64,000 bases of DNA from Halarcobacter sp. (GCA_963676565.1 OY781089.1:864001-928000); one strand, 5' to 3'; positions 49,600 to 60,611 are shown, counted from the first letter of the stretch. Numbers and translations are program-made. The notes: generated by a model not told the origin, from the sequence alone.

Positions 49600-50880
49600 A
49601 TGAAGAAATTTATAGCTAAATCATTGTCTGCTGCTGCAATCGTTGCAATGGCAACTGTAGCACACGCTGCTGATACTATTAAAGTTGGTGTATTACACTC
49701 ATTATCAGGAACAATGGCTATTAGTGAGACAACATTAAAAGATACAGTTTTGATGTTAATTGAAGAACAAAATAAAAAAGGTGGGGTTTTAGGAAAAAAA
49801 CTAGAGCCTGTAGTTGTTGACCCTGCGTCAAATTGGCCTTTATTTGCTGAAAAAATGAGAGGACTATTAACTAAAGATAAAGTAGATGTAACATTTGGTT
49901 GTTGGACATCAGTATCTAGAAAATCTGTTTTACCAGTTGTTGAAGAGTTAAATGGATTATTATTCTACCCAGTACAATATGAGGGTGAAGAGTCATCTAA
50001 AAATGTATTCTATACAGGTGCAGCGCCAAACCAACAAGCTATTCCAGCAGTTGATTACTTAATGAAAGATTTAGGTGTAAAAAGATTTGTTTTAGCTGGT
50101 ACTGACTATGTTTACCCAAGAACTACAAACAAAATCTTAGAGTCTTACTTAATTGCTAAAGGTGTAGCAAAAGAAGATATCATGATTAACTATACTCCAT
50201 TTGGACACTCTGACTGGCAATCAATCGTATCTGATATCAAAAAATTTGGGTCTGCAGGGAAGAAAACAGCAGTTGTTTCTACAATCAATGGTGATGCTAA
50301 CGTTCCTTTCTATAAAGAATTAGGTAACCAAGGTATTAGTGCTGAAGATATTCCAGTTGTTGCATTCTCAGTTGGTGAAGAAGAGTTATCAGGACTTGAT
50401 ACTAAACCATTAGTTGGACACTTAGCTGCATGGAACTACTTCCAATCTGCAGAGTCTGAAGAAAATAATAAATTTATCGCTGCATGGAAAACATTTATCA
50501 AAGATGATAAAAGAGTTACAAATGACCCAATGGAAGCAACTTACATTGGATTTAATTTATGGGTAAAAGCTGTTGAAAAAGCTGGAACTACTGATGTAGA
50601 TGCTGTTTCAAAAGCAATTATTGGTCTTGAAGTTCCTAACTTAACAGGTGGAACTGCTAAAATGCTTAAAAACCACCACTTAACAAAACCAGTATTAATT
50701 GGTGAGATTCAAGAAGATGGTCAATTTGAAACTGTATGGTCAACTGATGGTGAAGTAGCAGGTGATGCATGGTCAGATTTCTTACCTTCATCAAAAGATG
50801 TAATCTCTGATTGGACAGCTCCAATTAACTGTGGTAACTACAACACTGTAACTAAAAAGTGTTCAGGTCAAAACTACTAA
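49600..50880 (+). CDS. urtA: Urea ABC transporter substrate-binding protein
   Basis: HSLSGTMAISE, FGCWTSVSRK, YPVQYEG, PNQQ, DYVYPR. Start reset to ATG 49600 after an AGGAG RBS. Confidence 0.95.
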   Translation: MKKFIAKSLSAAAIVAMATVAHAADTIKVGVLHSLSGTMAISETTLKDTVLMLIEEQNKKGGVLGKKLEPVVVDPASNWPLFAEKMRGLLTKDKVDVTFGCWTSVSRKSVLPVVEELNGLLFYPVQYEGEESSKNVFYTGAAPNQQAIPAVDYLMKDLGVKRFVLAGTDYVYPRTTNKILESYLIAKGVAKEDIMINYTPFGHSDWQSIVSDIKKFGSAGKKTAVVSTINGDANVPFYKELGNQGISAEDIPVVAFSVGEEELSGLDTKPLVGHLAAWNYFQSAESEENNKFIAAWKTFIKDDKRVTNDPMEATYIGFNLWVKAVEKAGTTDVDAVSKAIIGLEVPNLTGGTAKMLKNHHLTKPVLIGEIQEDGQFETVWSTDGEVAGDAWSDFLPSSKDVISDWTAPINCGNYNTVTKKCSGQNY

Positions 50881-50890
50881 TAGAAAATCT

Positions 50891-50916
50891 AAAGAAGAGA
50901 GTTTTTTCTCTTCTTT
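50891..50916 (+). terminator. Hairpin after urtA
   Basis: AAAGAAGAGA...TCTCTTCTTT stem; typical after substrate-binding-protein genes. Confidence 0.6.
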
Positions 50917-50935
50917 AATCCTACAAGGCATTCTT

Positions 50936-52540
50936 ATGAAAAAATCAAATTTAATCAAAATAATCTTTCTTAATTTATTTTTTTTAACTTCACTTTTTGC
51001 TTCTTTTGAGACTGATATTGAGGCATTAAAAACAAAATCTTTTAAAAAGAAACAAGAAGTTATAACTCAACTAGTTGAAAAATACTCTGATGATGAAAGA
51101 ACAGAAACTCTTTTAAAGAAAATGGTCGATGGTGACCTTTTTTATACAGAAAAAGAGGGAACATTCGTAATCTTAGAAAAAAAAGAGGGAAGTACTTACC
51201 ATACAAAAACTTTTTTAGATGGAAAAGTTTTAGAACCTCAAAATAAAAAAGAGTTTAACAAGGTAAAAACAAATAATAGATTAAGAAGTGTTATTAAGTC
51301 AAATCTTGCTGAAATGAATCTTTTTTCTAAGAAAAAGGAAGTAAGGCTAAAATCTGCAAAAAATATTCTTTCAAATGTTGATGAAGATTCAAAAGAGTTA
51401 ATCAACAAAGCATTATCAAAAGAGAAAGATAGCGATGTAAAAGAGGTTTTACTTGAAGCAAAAACTATAATTCTTGCAAAGTATTCTAGTGGTGAAGAGC
51501 AACTACAAGCAGTTAAAGATTTAAGTGATTTTATCTCTTCAGATACTTTAGCAACTTTAAAAACAATTGAAAATAAAGAAGATATTTCAACAGAACTAAA
51601 AAAAGCTGTAACAAGCTCAATCTCTACTGTTGAAACTATTAGATCATATTATGGTGTTTTAGAAAAAGCATTTTTTGGTCTAAGTATGGGGTCTGTTTTA
51701 TTACTTGCTGCAATTGGACTTGCTATTACCTTTGGTGTTATGAAAGTAATTAATATGGCACATGGTGAAATGATGATGATTGGAGCATATACAACTTATA
51801 CTCTTCAACAAGTTATGCCAGGACTTATTGAGTATTCAATTTTAGTTGCTATCCCTGCTGCATTTATTGTAAGTGGTATTGTTGGGATTATTATTGAAAG
51901 ACTTGTTATTAGACATCTTTATGGAAGACCACTTGAAACATTATTAGCAACATTTGGGATTAGTTTAATATTACAACAAATTGTAAGAACAATCTATTCT
52001 CCACTAAATCAAGAGGTTAAAACTCCTGATTGGATGAGTGGTGCATGGGAAATAAATAGTGCACTATCTTTAACATACAACAGATTATATATCATAATTT
52101 TTGCATTACTTGTGTTTGTTGGGGTTTTAATGGTTTTAAATAAAACAAGTTTAGGACTTAAAGTGCGAGCTGTAACTCAAAATAGACAAATGGCACAAGC
52201 TATGGGTATCAAAACTTCATGGATAGATGCAATGACTTTTGGTATTGGTTCTGGTATTGCTGGTATTGCAGGAGTTGCTTTATCTCAACTTACTAATGTT
52301 GGTCCAAATCTAGGGCAAGCATATATTGTAGATAGTTTTATGGTTGTTGTATTTGGTGGTGTTGGTAACCTTTGGGGAACACTAATTGGTGCAATTACAC
52401 TAGGTGAGATTAATAAATTTATTGAGCCAGTTGCTGGGGCAGTTCTTGCAAAAGTAATTATCCTTGTATTTATAATTTTATTTATTCAGAAGAAACCAAG
52501 AGGTCTGTTCCCACAAAAGGGAAGAGATGCTCAAGATTAA
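50936..52540 (+). CDS. urtB: Urea ABC transporter permease with N-terminal periplasmic extension
   Basis: GLAITFGVM.VINMAHGE, LYGRPLETLLATFG, FMVVVFGGVG. Confidence 0.94.
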   Translation: MKKSNLIKIIFLNLFFLTSLFASFETDIEALKTKSFKKKQEVITQLVEKYSDDERTETLLKKMVDGDLFYTEKEGTFVILEKKEGSTYHTKTFLDGKVLEPQNKKEFNKVKTNNRLRSVIKSNLAEMNLFSKKKEVRLKSAKNILSNVDEDSKELINKALSKEKDSDVKEVLLEAKTIILAKYSSGEEQLQAVKDLSDFISSDTLATLKTIENKEDISTELKKAVTSSISTVETIRSYYGVLEKAFFGLSMGSVLLLAAIGLAITFGVMKVINMAHGEMMMIGAYTTYTLQQVMPGLIEYSILVAIPAAFIVSGIVGIIIERLVIRHLYGRPLETLLATFGISLILQQIVRTIYSPLNQEVKTPDWMSGAWEINSALSLTYNRLYIIIFALLVFVGVLMVLNKTSLGLKVRAVTQNRQMAQAMGIKTSWIDAMTFGIGSGIAGIAGVALSQLTNVGPNLGQAYIVDSFMVVVFGGVGNLWGTLIGAITLGEINKFIEPVAGAVLAKVIILVFIILFIQKKPRGLFPQKGRDAQD

Positions 52541-52549
52541 GGTATAAAA

Positions 52550-53695
52550 ATGGAAAATATAAAAAGAAAACCAATAATTTTACAAATTTTAAATAATGAC
52601 CTTGGTGGGAAAATAGTTCTTGGTGTTTTAGCTTTGGTGGTAATCTATGTTTCCTTTGCAAATCTAGTATTACCAGAAGGTTCAACATTTCATATCTCAA
52701 CTTATACAGTAACACTTTTAGGTAAATATTTAGCCTTTGCTCTTTTAGCATTGGCACTTGATTTAGTGTGGGGGTATATTGGAATACTTAGCCTTGGTCA
52801 TGGTGCATTTTTTGCCCTTGGTGGTTATGCTATGGGTATGTACTTAATGAGACAAATAGGTGATAGAGGGGTTTATGGAAATCCTGAATTACCAGACTTT
52901 ATGGTATTTATGAATCTAAAAGAGCTACCATGGTTTTGGTATGGTTTTGATAATCCTATTTTTACACTTATTATGATTATGTTTGTGCCTGGATTATTAG
53001 CTTTTGTTTTTGGATATTTAGCATTTAGATCTAGAGTAACTGGGGTTTATTTATCAATTATAACTCAAGCTATGACATATGCTCTTATGCTTGCATTTTT
53101 TAGAAATGACATGGGTTTTGGTGGAAACAATGGTTTAACAGATTTTAAAGATATCTTAGGGTTTGACTTGCAAGCTGATGGTACTAGAATCGCTCTTTTA
53201 ATTATCTCATTTTTAGCTTTAACAGGTGGTTACTTAATATCTAGATTTATTATGAATTCAAGACTAGGACGTGTTTGTATAGCAATTCGTGATGGTGAGA
53301 GTAGAACTAGGTTTATAGGTTATAGAGTTGAACAATATAAGCTATTTATTTTTGTAGTTAGTGCAGCTATGGCTGGTATTGCAGGGGCTTTATATGTACC
53401 ACAAGTAGGAATTATAAACCCTGGTGTTTTCTCACCATTGTTTTCAATTGAGCTTGTTATTTGGGTAGCAATTGGTGGACGTGGAACTTTATATGGTGCA
53501 ATCGTTGGAGCTTTCATTGTTAATTATGCAAGTACATATTTTACATCAGCACTTCCAGAAGTTTGGTTATATGCTTTAGGTGGATTGTTTGTAGTGGTTA
53601 CTTTATTCTTACCAAAGGGTGTGGTTGGGTTAATCTCACAAATAAAAGACAACTTAAATAAAGACAAAGGTGAAGTTCAAAATGCTACTGCTTAA
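52550..53695 (+). CDS. urtC: Urea ABC transporter permease
   Basis: DLVWGY.GILSLGHGAFF, LPDFM, GVYLSIITQA, WVAIGGRG. Confidence 0.94.
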   Translation: MENIKRKPIILQILNNDLGGKIVLGVLALVVIYVSFANLVLPEGSTFHISTYTVTLLGKYLAFALLALALDLVWGYIGILSLGHGAFFALGGYAMGMYLMRQIGDRGVYGNPELPDFMVFMNLKELPWFWYGFDNPIFTLIMIMFVPGLLAFVFGYLAFRSRVTGVYLSIITQAMTYALMLAFFRNDMGFGGNNGLTDFKDILGFDLQADGTRIALLIISFLALTGGYLISRFIMNSRLGRVCIAIRDGESRTRFIGYRVEQYKLFIFVVSAAMAGIAGALYVPQVGIINPGVFSPLFSIELVIWVAIGGRGTLYGAIVGAFIVNYASTYFTSALPEVWLYALGGLFVVVTLFLPKGVVGLISQIKDNLNKDKGEVQNATA

Positions 53696-54470
53696 ACATG
53701 AAAATGAACAAAATGTAGGAGATTTAAAAAAAGGTGATAGAATCCTTTATTTAGATGATGTAACAGTAAGTTTTGATGGGTTTAAAGCTTTAAACTCTTT
53801 ATCTTTATCTATTGAATATGAAGAGTTAAGATGTATCATTGGAGCAAATGGAGCTGGAAAGTCTACGATGATGGATGTTATTACAGGGAAAACTAGTCCA
53901 GATAAAGGGCAAGTTATATTTGGTAAAGCTGTAAATTTACTTGAAATGGATGAGCCAAGTATTGCTGAAATTGGGATTGGAAGAAAGTTTCAAAAACCAA
54001 CAGTATTTGAAGGACACTCAGTTTTTGAAAACCTTGAATTAGCTATGAAAGATGATAAAAGGTTTTTTAAAACACTTTTTGCAAAATTAAGTGGTGAACA
54101 AAAAGACAAAATTGAAGAGACTATGGAACTAATTGGTTTAAAAGATTTTTATAATACCCAAGCAGCTATTTTATCTCATGGTCAAAAACAATGGTTAGAA
54201 ATAGGAATGCTTTTAATGCAAAGCCCAAAGCTACTTTTAGTTGATGAGCCAGTTGCAGGTATGACTCCTGGTGAAGTTGAAAAAACAGGACAAATTTTAA
54301 CAGAATTATCAAAATCACACTCAGTTGTTGTGGTTGAACACGATATGGAATTTATTAGAAGTATTGCAAAAAAAGTAACCGTTTTACATGAAGGTTCTGT
54401 TTTAGCTGAGGGTTCTATGAAAGATGTACAAGAAAATGAAAAAGTTAGACGTGTCTATTTGGGAGAGTAA
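53682..54470 (+). CDS. urtD: Urea ABC transporter ATPase
   Basis: VSFDGFKAL, GIGRKFQKP, LSHGQKQWLEIGM, VYLG. Start ATG 53682 or GTG 53670. Confidence 0.94.
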   Translation: MLLLKHENEQNVGDLKKGDRILYLDDVTVSFDGFKALNSLSLSIEYEELRCIIGANGAGKSTMMDVITGKTSPDKGQVIFGKAVNLLEMDEPSIAEIGIGRKFQKPTVFEGHSVFENLELAMKDDKRFFKTLFAKLSGEQKDKIEETMELIGLKDFYNTQAAILSHGQKQWLEIGMLLMQSPKLLLVDEPVAGMTPGEVEKTGQILTELSKSHSVVVVEHDMEFIRSIAKKVTVLHEGSVLAEGSMKDVQENEKVRRVYLGE

Positions 54471-54471
54471 T

Positions 54472-55167
54472 ATGCTAGAAATCAAAAAATTAAATCAATT
54501 TTACGGACAAAGCCATACTTTATGGGATTTAGACCTTGAAATCAAACAAGGAAGATGTACTTGTCTTATGGGAAGAAATGGTGTTGGAAAAACAACACTA
54601 ATGAAATCAATTATGGGGCTTCTTCCAATAAAAGGTGGTGAATTACTTTTTGAAGGAAAAGATATTTCAAAACTTGGAAGTGAAAAAAGAGCAGGTATAG
54701 GAATAGGGTATGTTCCCCAAGGAAGGGAAATATTTTCACAACTAACAGTTAAAGAGAATATTGATATAGGATTACTTGGAAATAGAAATGGATTAAAACA
54801 AGTTCCTGATAAAATCTATGAACTATTTCCTGTATTAAAAGAGATGTTAAAAAGAAAAGGTGGAGACCTAAGTGGAGGTCAGCAACAACAACTTGCAATT
54901 GCAAGAGCACTTTGTCTTGAACCGAAGCTTTTAATACTTGATGAGCCAGCAGAAGGTATTCAACCAAATATTGTGCAACAAATTGGAGAGGTTATTGATT
55001 ATCTTACAAAAGAGGAGAAGATAACAGTAATCCTTGTTGAACAAAAACTTCCTTTTGCTAGACGTCATGGGGATGATTTTTACCTTGTTGATAGAGGTAG
55101 AGTTGTAGCAAACGGTGAAATTGAAAATCTAAATGATGATATAGTAGAACAATATTTATCTGTATAA
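54472..55167 (+). CDS. urtE: Urea ABC transporter ATPase
   Basis: YGQSH, GRNGVGKT, YVPQGREIF, LSGGQQQQ, EGIQPNI. Start reset to ATG 54472. Confidence 0.94.
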   Translation: MLEIKKLNQFYGQSHTLWDLDLEIKQGRCTCLMGRNGVGKTTLMKSIMGLLPIKGGELLFEGKDISKLGSEKRAGIGIGYVPQGREIFSQLTVKENIDIGLLGNRNGLKQVPDKIYELFPVLKEMLKRKGGDLSGGQQQQLAIARALCLEPKLLILDEPAEGIQPNIVQQIGEVIDYLTKEEKITVILVEQKLPFARRHGDDFYLVDRGRVVANGEIENLNDDIVEQYLSV

Positions 55168-55247
55168 AAGTATAAGTTTTATACAAATGTAAAAATATTA
55201 ATCTTTTATTTTTTGATATACTAAAAAATATATTTACAAGGGTAATA

Positions 55248-55997
55248 ATGAGTATATCAATAGGTTTTGAAAAAGATGTTTTTTCCTTAGAAAAACTAAA
55301 ACTTCCCACAAGACATTACTATTTTAACGATACAGAAAATTATGTAAAGTTATTAAGTATAGGGGAAGGAATCTTCCCCAAAGATAGAATAAAAACAAAT
55401 ATTAAATTAGAAGACTCAACGGCAATAGTAACAACAGAAAGTGCTACAAAAGTATATCCTTCAAAGAAAGAGTTTGGAATAAACTATATAAATATTGATT
55501 TAAAATCTTCAAACTTAGAAGTATTAAATGATGAGTTGATTTTATATAAAGACTCAAAACTTCTTCAAATATTAAGGCTTAATGCCGATAAAAACTCAAC
55601 TTTTTTTTACTCAGATATTTTGACTCAAGGTAGAAGTTATGAACACTTTGACTTTGATTCTATGTTAGTTAGAAATAAATTCTTTCATGAGAAGAAACTT
55701 GAATATTTTGAAAATTTTGAAGTTTTAGGTAAGGATTTAAAAGATTATATAAAAAGACATGAAAGTCAAAATTATATATATTTAAAAATTTATATTAAAA
55801 CAAAAGATGATGATAATTTTTTAAAAGAACTTCATAGTAATAACTTTAATTCCTTTACTTTTACAAAATCAAAAAAGATGATTTTAGGTTCAATTTGTGC
55901 AAATAGTATGATAGAGATAAAAAAATTGCAAATAGAGATTTGGAATTTATATAGAAAAAATTTAAATAAAGAGGAATTTTGTTTAGGCAAACAATAA
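55248..55997 (+). CDS. ureD: Urease accessory protein UreD/UreH-like
   Basis: GEGIFPKD, TTESATKVY and GR...E.F.F segments; position directly after urtE. Confidence 0.75.
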   Translation: MSISIGFEKDVFSLEKLKLPTRHYYFNDTENYVKLLSIGEGIFPKDRIKTNIKLEDSTAIVTTESATKVYPSKKEFGINYINIDLKSSNLEVLNDELILYKDSKLLQILRLNADKNSTFFYSDILTQGRSYEHFDFDSMLVRNKFFHEKKLEYFENFEVLGKDLKDYIKRHESQNYIYLKIYIKTKDDDNFLKELHSNNFNSFTFTKSKKMILGSICANSMIEIKKLQIEIWNLYRKNLNKEEFCLGKQ

Positions 55998-56039
55998 GTT
56001 TTCCTAAATAGATTAAAAGATAAATAATTAAGGTGTTAG

Positions 56040-56558
56040 ATGAAAATTGAAATAAAACCAAAACCTCTTACCCGAGAAGCTTTCAAAAAATTTGGTGAAG
56101 TAATAAGTAAAGAGGGTAGGGATTCAATAAGTATTAACAGAGATTCTGCCCAAAAATTTTACGAAATATGTAATATGGATACAAATGAAAAAAGTGGGAT
56201 GACAACCTTACATATTTATATAGGGAATAAAAGAGAATTCCCTTTACAAATTGATATGTTAGAAAAACATCCATTATTTTCACAAACATTTATTCCAAGA
56301 AGTAAAGAGCCATTTTATTGTGTTGTTGCATTAGGTGGTAGGGAACCAGATTTATCAACTTTAGAAATCTTTGAAACTAATGGTGACCAAGGAGTTCATT
56401 ACAATAGGGGCATTTGGCATTTTCCATTAATATGTGTTAAAGATAAAGAAGAGTTTATTGTTTTAGATAGAGCAGGATTAAATAAAGAAGAAAAAATAAT
56501 AGTTGAACAAGTAGAATATAATATGAAAGATGAAGAGATTTATTTAGTAAGAGAATAA
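56040..56558 (+). CDS. allA: Ureidoglycolate lyase
   Basis: PLTREAF..FGEVI, LEKHP..SQTFIP, QGVHY.RGIWHFP, F.VLDR. Confidence 0.9.
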   Translation: MKIEIKPKPLTREAFKKFGEVISKEGRDSISINRDSAQKFYEICNMDTNEKSGMTTLHIYIGNKREFPLQIDMLEKHPLFSQTFIPRSKEPFYCVVALGGREPDLSTLEIFETNGDQGVHYNRGIWHFPLICVKDKEEFIVLDRAGLNKEEKIIVEQVEYNMKDEEIYLVRE

Positions 56559-56573
56559 ATCTCCATCTTTTTA

Positions 56574-57377
56574 TTACTTGTCTAATAACAATTTATCATC
56601 ATCTAACTCTTCACCATCTTCTCTTGCAAGGGCAAATAAATTAAGTAAATCTTTTACCTCATAATCAGATCTTTCTTTACCTTTTAAATCAAAGATAATT
56701 TTACCTTCGTGTAACATAATAGTTCGGCTCCCATGGTCTAAAGCTTGTCTCATTGAGTGAGTTACCATCATTACTGTTAATGATTTTTCTTCAATAATTT
56801 GTGAAGTAATATCCATAATAAGAGCTGCTGTTTTTGGATCTAATGCTGCTGTATGTTCATCTAGTAATAAAATACTACTTGGTTGTAAAGCTGACATTAA
56901 AAGACTAACTGATTGTCTCTGCCCTCCAGATAAAAGTCCCATTTGAGAATTTAATCTATCTTCAAGTCCAAGATTTAGTCTGCTTAACTGCTCTTGAAAG
57001 AGTTTACGTAAGTTACTATTTAGTGCAAAAGATAATGTACCTCTTTTACCACGACCATATGCTAAAGCCATATTCTCTTCAACTGTTAAATCACCACACG
57101 TTCCAGCAAGTGGGTCTTGAAATACTCTAGCTATATCTTTTGTACGACCAGTTGCAGGTAAAGATGTTACATCTCTATCATTAAAAAATATCTGCCCATG
57201 GGTTGCTTCAATATCACCTGCTATAGTATTAAGCAAGGTTGATTTTCCTGCACCATTTGAGCCAATAACTGTTACAAATTCACCTGTAGGTATAGTTAAA
57301 TCAACACCTCTTAAGGCTAACTTCTCAGTTGCTAAGCCATGGTTAAAAGTTACATGTAAATCCTTACAACAAATCAT
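56574..57377 (-). CDS. ABC transporter ATPase (aromatic amino acid/TrpXYZ-like system)
   Basis: GSNGAGKS, RVFQDP, LSGGQRQ, LDEHTAALDP. Confidence 0.9.
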   Translation of the reverse strand: MICCKDLHVTFNHGLATEKLALRGVDLTIPTGEFVTVIGSNGAGKSTLLNTIAGDIEATHGQIFFNDRDVTSLPATGRTKDIARVFQDPLAGTCGDLTVEENMALAYGRGKRGTLSFALNSNLRKLFQEQLSRLNLGLEDRLNSQMGLLSGGQRQSVSLLMSALQPSSILLLDEHTAALDPKTAALIMDITSQIIEEKSLTVMMVTHSMRQALDHGSRTIMLHEGKIIFDLKGKERSDYEVKDLLNLFALAREDGEELDDDKLLLDK

Positions 57378-58276
57378 ACTTTTTTCCTTTTAGCTTTTTT
57401 CGCTTTATATTCACTTCGTAGTTTTGGGAATATTAATGATAAGGTAACAAGTACAGCCGTAAGTAGATTTAAGTCAGATGCTTGGAAACCTAAGAAGTCT
57501 GCATTAAGTGCCATTGAAACTGCAACCCTATATAAAATAGAACCAAGAATACAACTTAATACTACAACTAACATAGATTTTGTTCCAAATAAAGACTCAC
57601 CTATAATAACAGCAGCAAGTCCTACAACAATAGTTCCAATCCCCATTGTTGAATCTGCAAAACCACTAGTTTGCGCAAATAAAGCTCCTGCAAGTCCTAC
57701 TAAACCATTTGATAAAGCAAGTCCTACATACACTTTCTCTTTTACAACAATACCATTTGCTTGAGCCATTCTTTTATTAGAACCAACTGCTCTCATTGCT
57801 AAACCGTATTGTGTGTATAAGAACCATGCCAATAATAATCCACCAATAATTGCGCATACAGCTACAAATATAACTTTTAGATACATAGCTGGAATTCCTA
57901 AATCTTCAAATGGAGTTAACATAGTAGGCTCCATGATTAATGCAAGATTTGGTTTTCCCATTACACGAAGATTTATTGTGTATAAAGCTGTCATTGTAAG
58001 AATACTTGCAAGTAAATGAAGAATATTAAATCGTAAGTTTAACCATGCTGTAACAATACCTGCACATGCAGCTGCAAGTGTACCTAATAAAGTTGCTAAA
58101 TAAGGGTTTACTCCTGAGACTATTAGAGCAGCAGTTGCAGCCGCTCCTAGTGTAAAACTTCCATCAACAGTTAAATCTGGAAAATCTAAAATACGAAAAG
58201 TAAGATAGACTCCCATAGCAACTAAACCATAAATAAACCCTATTTCAAGTGTTCCTAAAAAAGCATAAAGTGACAA
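57374..58276 (-). CDS. ABC transporter permease (same system)
   Basis: FRILDFPDLTVDGSF, GLAAVIIGE; TTG start. Confidence 0.9.
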   Translation of the reverse strand: MSLYAFLGTLEIGFIYGLVAMGVYLTFRILDFPDLTVDGSFTLGAAATAALIVSGVNPYLATLLGTLAAACAGIVTAWLNLRFNILHLLASILTMTALYTINLRVMGKPNLALIMEPTMLTPFEDLGIPAMYLKVIFVAVCAIIGGLLLAWFLYTQYGLAMRAVGSNKRMAQANGIVVKEKVYVGLALSNGLVGLAGALFAQTSGFADSTMGIGTIVVGLAAVIIGESLFGTKSMLVVVLSCILGSILYRVAVSMALNADFLGFQASDLNLLTAVLVTLSLIFPKLRSEYKAKKAKRKKV

Positions 58277-58291
58277 GTTGACAACTTTTAA

Positions 58292-59251
58292 TTATTTAAC
58301 AATTTTAGTAGCTTTTTCAAGTACTGATTTTGGAACTTCAATTCCCATTCTTTTAGCCATTTTTGGATTAACATAAAGGTCAGTTCCCTTAGCCATTTTT
58401 ACATCAATATCCCCTGGTTTTTCACCCTTTAAAATTCTTATAACAATATCTCCAGTTTGTTTCCCTAAATCAAAGTAGTTATAACCAACAGCAGCAATTG
58501 CTCCTCTTTCAACTGTACTTGTATCACCAGCAAAAACTGGAACTTGTGCATCAATACCAACTTTTACAACTGACTCAACAGCAGAGATAATAGTATTATC
58601 AATTGGACAGTAAATTGCATCTACTTTACCAACTAATTGTTTAGCTGCAATCATTACATCAGAAGATTTTGGAGCAGCTGCTTCTACAATTTTGATATCC
58701 ATTTCTTTTGCTACATCTTTAGCACTATTTAACATTGAAACAGAATTTGCTTCACCTGGATTATATGGAATACCAATTGTTTTTAGATTTGGTATAAAGT
58801 TCTTAATTAAAGTAAAATGTTCTTTAATATTAGCCATATCTGATAGACCTGTAACATTTCCACCTGGTTTTTTAAGTGTTGGTACAAGTTTTGCCGCAAG
58901 AGGGTCTGTTACTGCTGAAAATACAACAGGGATTGTTTTAGTAGCAGTAACTGCTGATTGCGCAGATGGTGTTGCAATTGCAACAATTATATCAGGGTTT
59001 TCACCTACCATTTTTCTAGCAATTTGTGAAGCGATATCAGGTTTTCCCTGAGCACTTTCATAAGTAAACTTAAGGTTTTCACCACTGTAACCATTATCAT
59101 TTAATGTTTGTTTGATACCATCTCTAACAGCATCTAAAGCAGGATGTTCTACAATTGCAGTTGTTGCAATATACACAGGTTTAGCTTGTAAAGCAGAAGA
59201 TACTAAAAGTGTTGATACAAGAGCACTTTTAAAAATTGAACTTAATCTCAT
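58292..59251 (-). CDS. ABC transporter substrate-binding protein (ABC_sub_bind type)
   Basis: EHPALD, IATPSAQ, FSAVTDP, NVTGLSD, YNPGEANS. Confidence 0.9.
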   Translation of the reverse strand: MRLSSIFKSALVSTLLVSSALQAKPVYIATTAIVEHPALDAVRDGIKQTLNDNGYSGENLKFTYESAQGKPDIASQIARKMVGENPDIIVAIATPSAQSAVTATKTIPVVFSAVTDPLAAKLVPTLKKPGGNVTGLSDMANIKEHFTLIKNFIPNLKTIGIPYNPGEANSVSMLNSAKDVAKEMDIKIVEAAAPKSSDVMIAAKQLVGKVDAIYCPIDNTIISAVESVVKVGIDAQVPVFAGDTSTVERGAIAAVGYNYFDLGKQTGDIVIRILKGEKPGDIDVKMAKGTDLYVNPKMAKRMGIEVPKSVLEKATKIVK

Positions 59252-59438
59252 AATGAATTCCTTAGAATGATTTATTATTTATTTAAACTTAAAAATTTTT
59301 TTTAATAAAAATGTGAATTATTGTATATCTTTACAACTAAATGGTTACTTAGATGAAAAAAAATATAACTTAATTTTTATTTAATCCTCACTGACTAAAA
59401 TATGCCCTTGCAAAAATTTATAAAAGTAAGGAACTTAA

Positions 59439-60611
59439 ATGCAAAGTTCATCACTTAAAATATCATTTACTCTATTTTTTGTAGTATCAATAATATTTTC
59501 AACAATCTATACTCCACAAGCAATTTTACCCGTACTAAAACAAGAATTTAATATTAGTATTTTACAAACAAACCTATTATTATCTGGGATGTTATTTGTT
59601 TTAATGATAGCTACACCTTTTTATATCCCAATAATCAATCGTTTTGAGAAAAAGAATATTATGGTTGTCTGTACTTTTTTTCTTTTTATCTCTGTACTAA
59701 TCTCTGCTTTTTCTACAAACTTTTATATTTTACTTTTAAGCAGATTTCTACAAGGGATATTTTTACCAGGAATTACAGCAATTATACTTTCATATATTCA
59801 AGAGGTTTACTCTGAAAAACATAGGGCGATGGGAATAGGAATATATATGGCAGGGACAAGTTTTGGTGCTGTAATAGGGAGACTTTTAGCTGGGTGGATA
59901 ACATTTCTTTATTCATGGCAAAAAGCATTTCTTGCTTTTGCTGTTTTATTAGCAATAGCATTTATGATTACACTATTTACTTTCCCTAAAACAGAAAAAA
60001 ACCACCATGAAAAAAAAGGAATTACTACAAAAGAGTTGTTAAAATATATATCAAATATAAAAGTCTTAACAGCTCTTTTAGTTCCAACTATAGTATTCTT
60101 TTCTTTTATGGCTATTTCCACTTTTGTGACATACCATTTAGTAGAAGAACCTTTTAACCTAAATACCCATCAAGTGGGAAATATATTTTTAGTATTAATA
60201 TTAGGAATAATCATAAGCCCAATAGCAGGAAAAATCTCAGGTATTTTTGGGCACTTAAAAATCATATATCTAGGGATCTTTCTTTTGATTATAGGAATCT
60301 TTTTAACCTTGACAAGTTCAGTTGTTGGTGTTATTGTCGGTATTGCTTTTGTTACTATGGGTATGTTCTGTGCACAATCTGTAAGTCCTAGTTATATTTT
60401 TAAACTAATCCCAAATGAAAAAGAAAAGATAGCTATTGTACATCAAACTTTTTTCTATTTGGGTGGATCTTTAGGGACTTTTTTACCATCACTTTTATGG
60501 GAATATTACAAATATGATGGGGTTACATATTTTTGTATTTTCTTACTTTTATTTTTAATTACAATTTTGACTTTTCAAAAATTATATTATATAAAGCAGA
60601 GTAAAAATTAA
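59439..60611 (+). CDS. MFS transporter (YnfM-like)
   Basis: About 12 TMs; Y.PQAILP, RFLQG, G.YMAG...GAVIGR, YLGGS. Confidence 0.85.
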   Translation: MQSSSLKISFTLFFVVSIIFSTIYTPQAILPVLKQEFNISILQTNLLLSGMLFVLMIATPFYIPIINRFEKKNIMVVCTFFLFISVLISAFSTNFYILLLSRFLQGIFLPGITAIILSYIQEVYSEKHRAMGIGIYMAGTSFGAVIGRLLAGWITFLYSWQKAFLAFAVLLAIAFMITLFTFPKTEKNHHEKKGITTKELLKYISNIKVLTALLVPTIVFFSFMAISTFVTYHLVEEPFNLNTHQVGNIFLVLILGIIISPIAGKISGIFGHLKIIYLGIFLLIIGIFLTLTSSVVGVIVGIAFVTMGMFCAQSVSPSYIFKLIPNEKEKIAIVHQTFFYLGGSLGTFLPSLLWEYYKYDGVTYFCIFLLLFLITILTFQKLYYIKQSKN

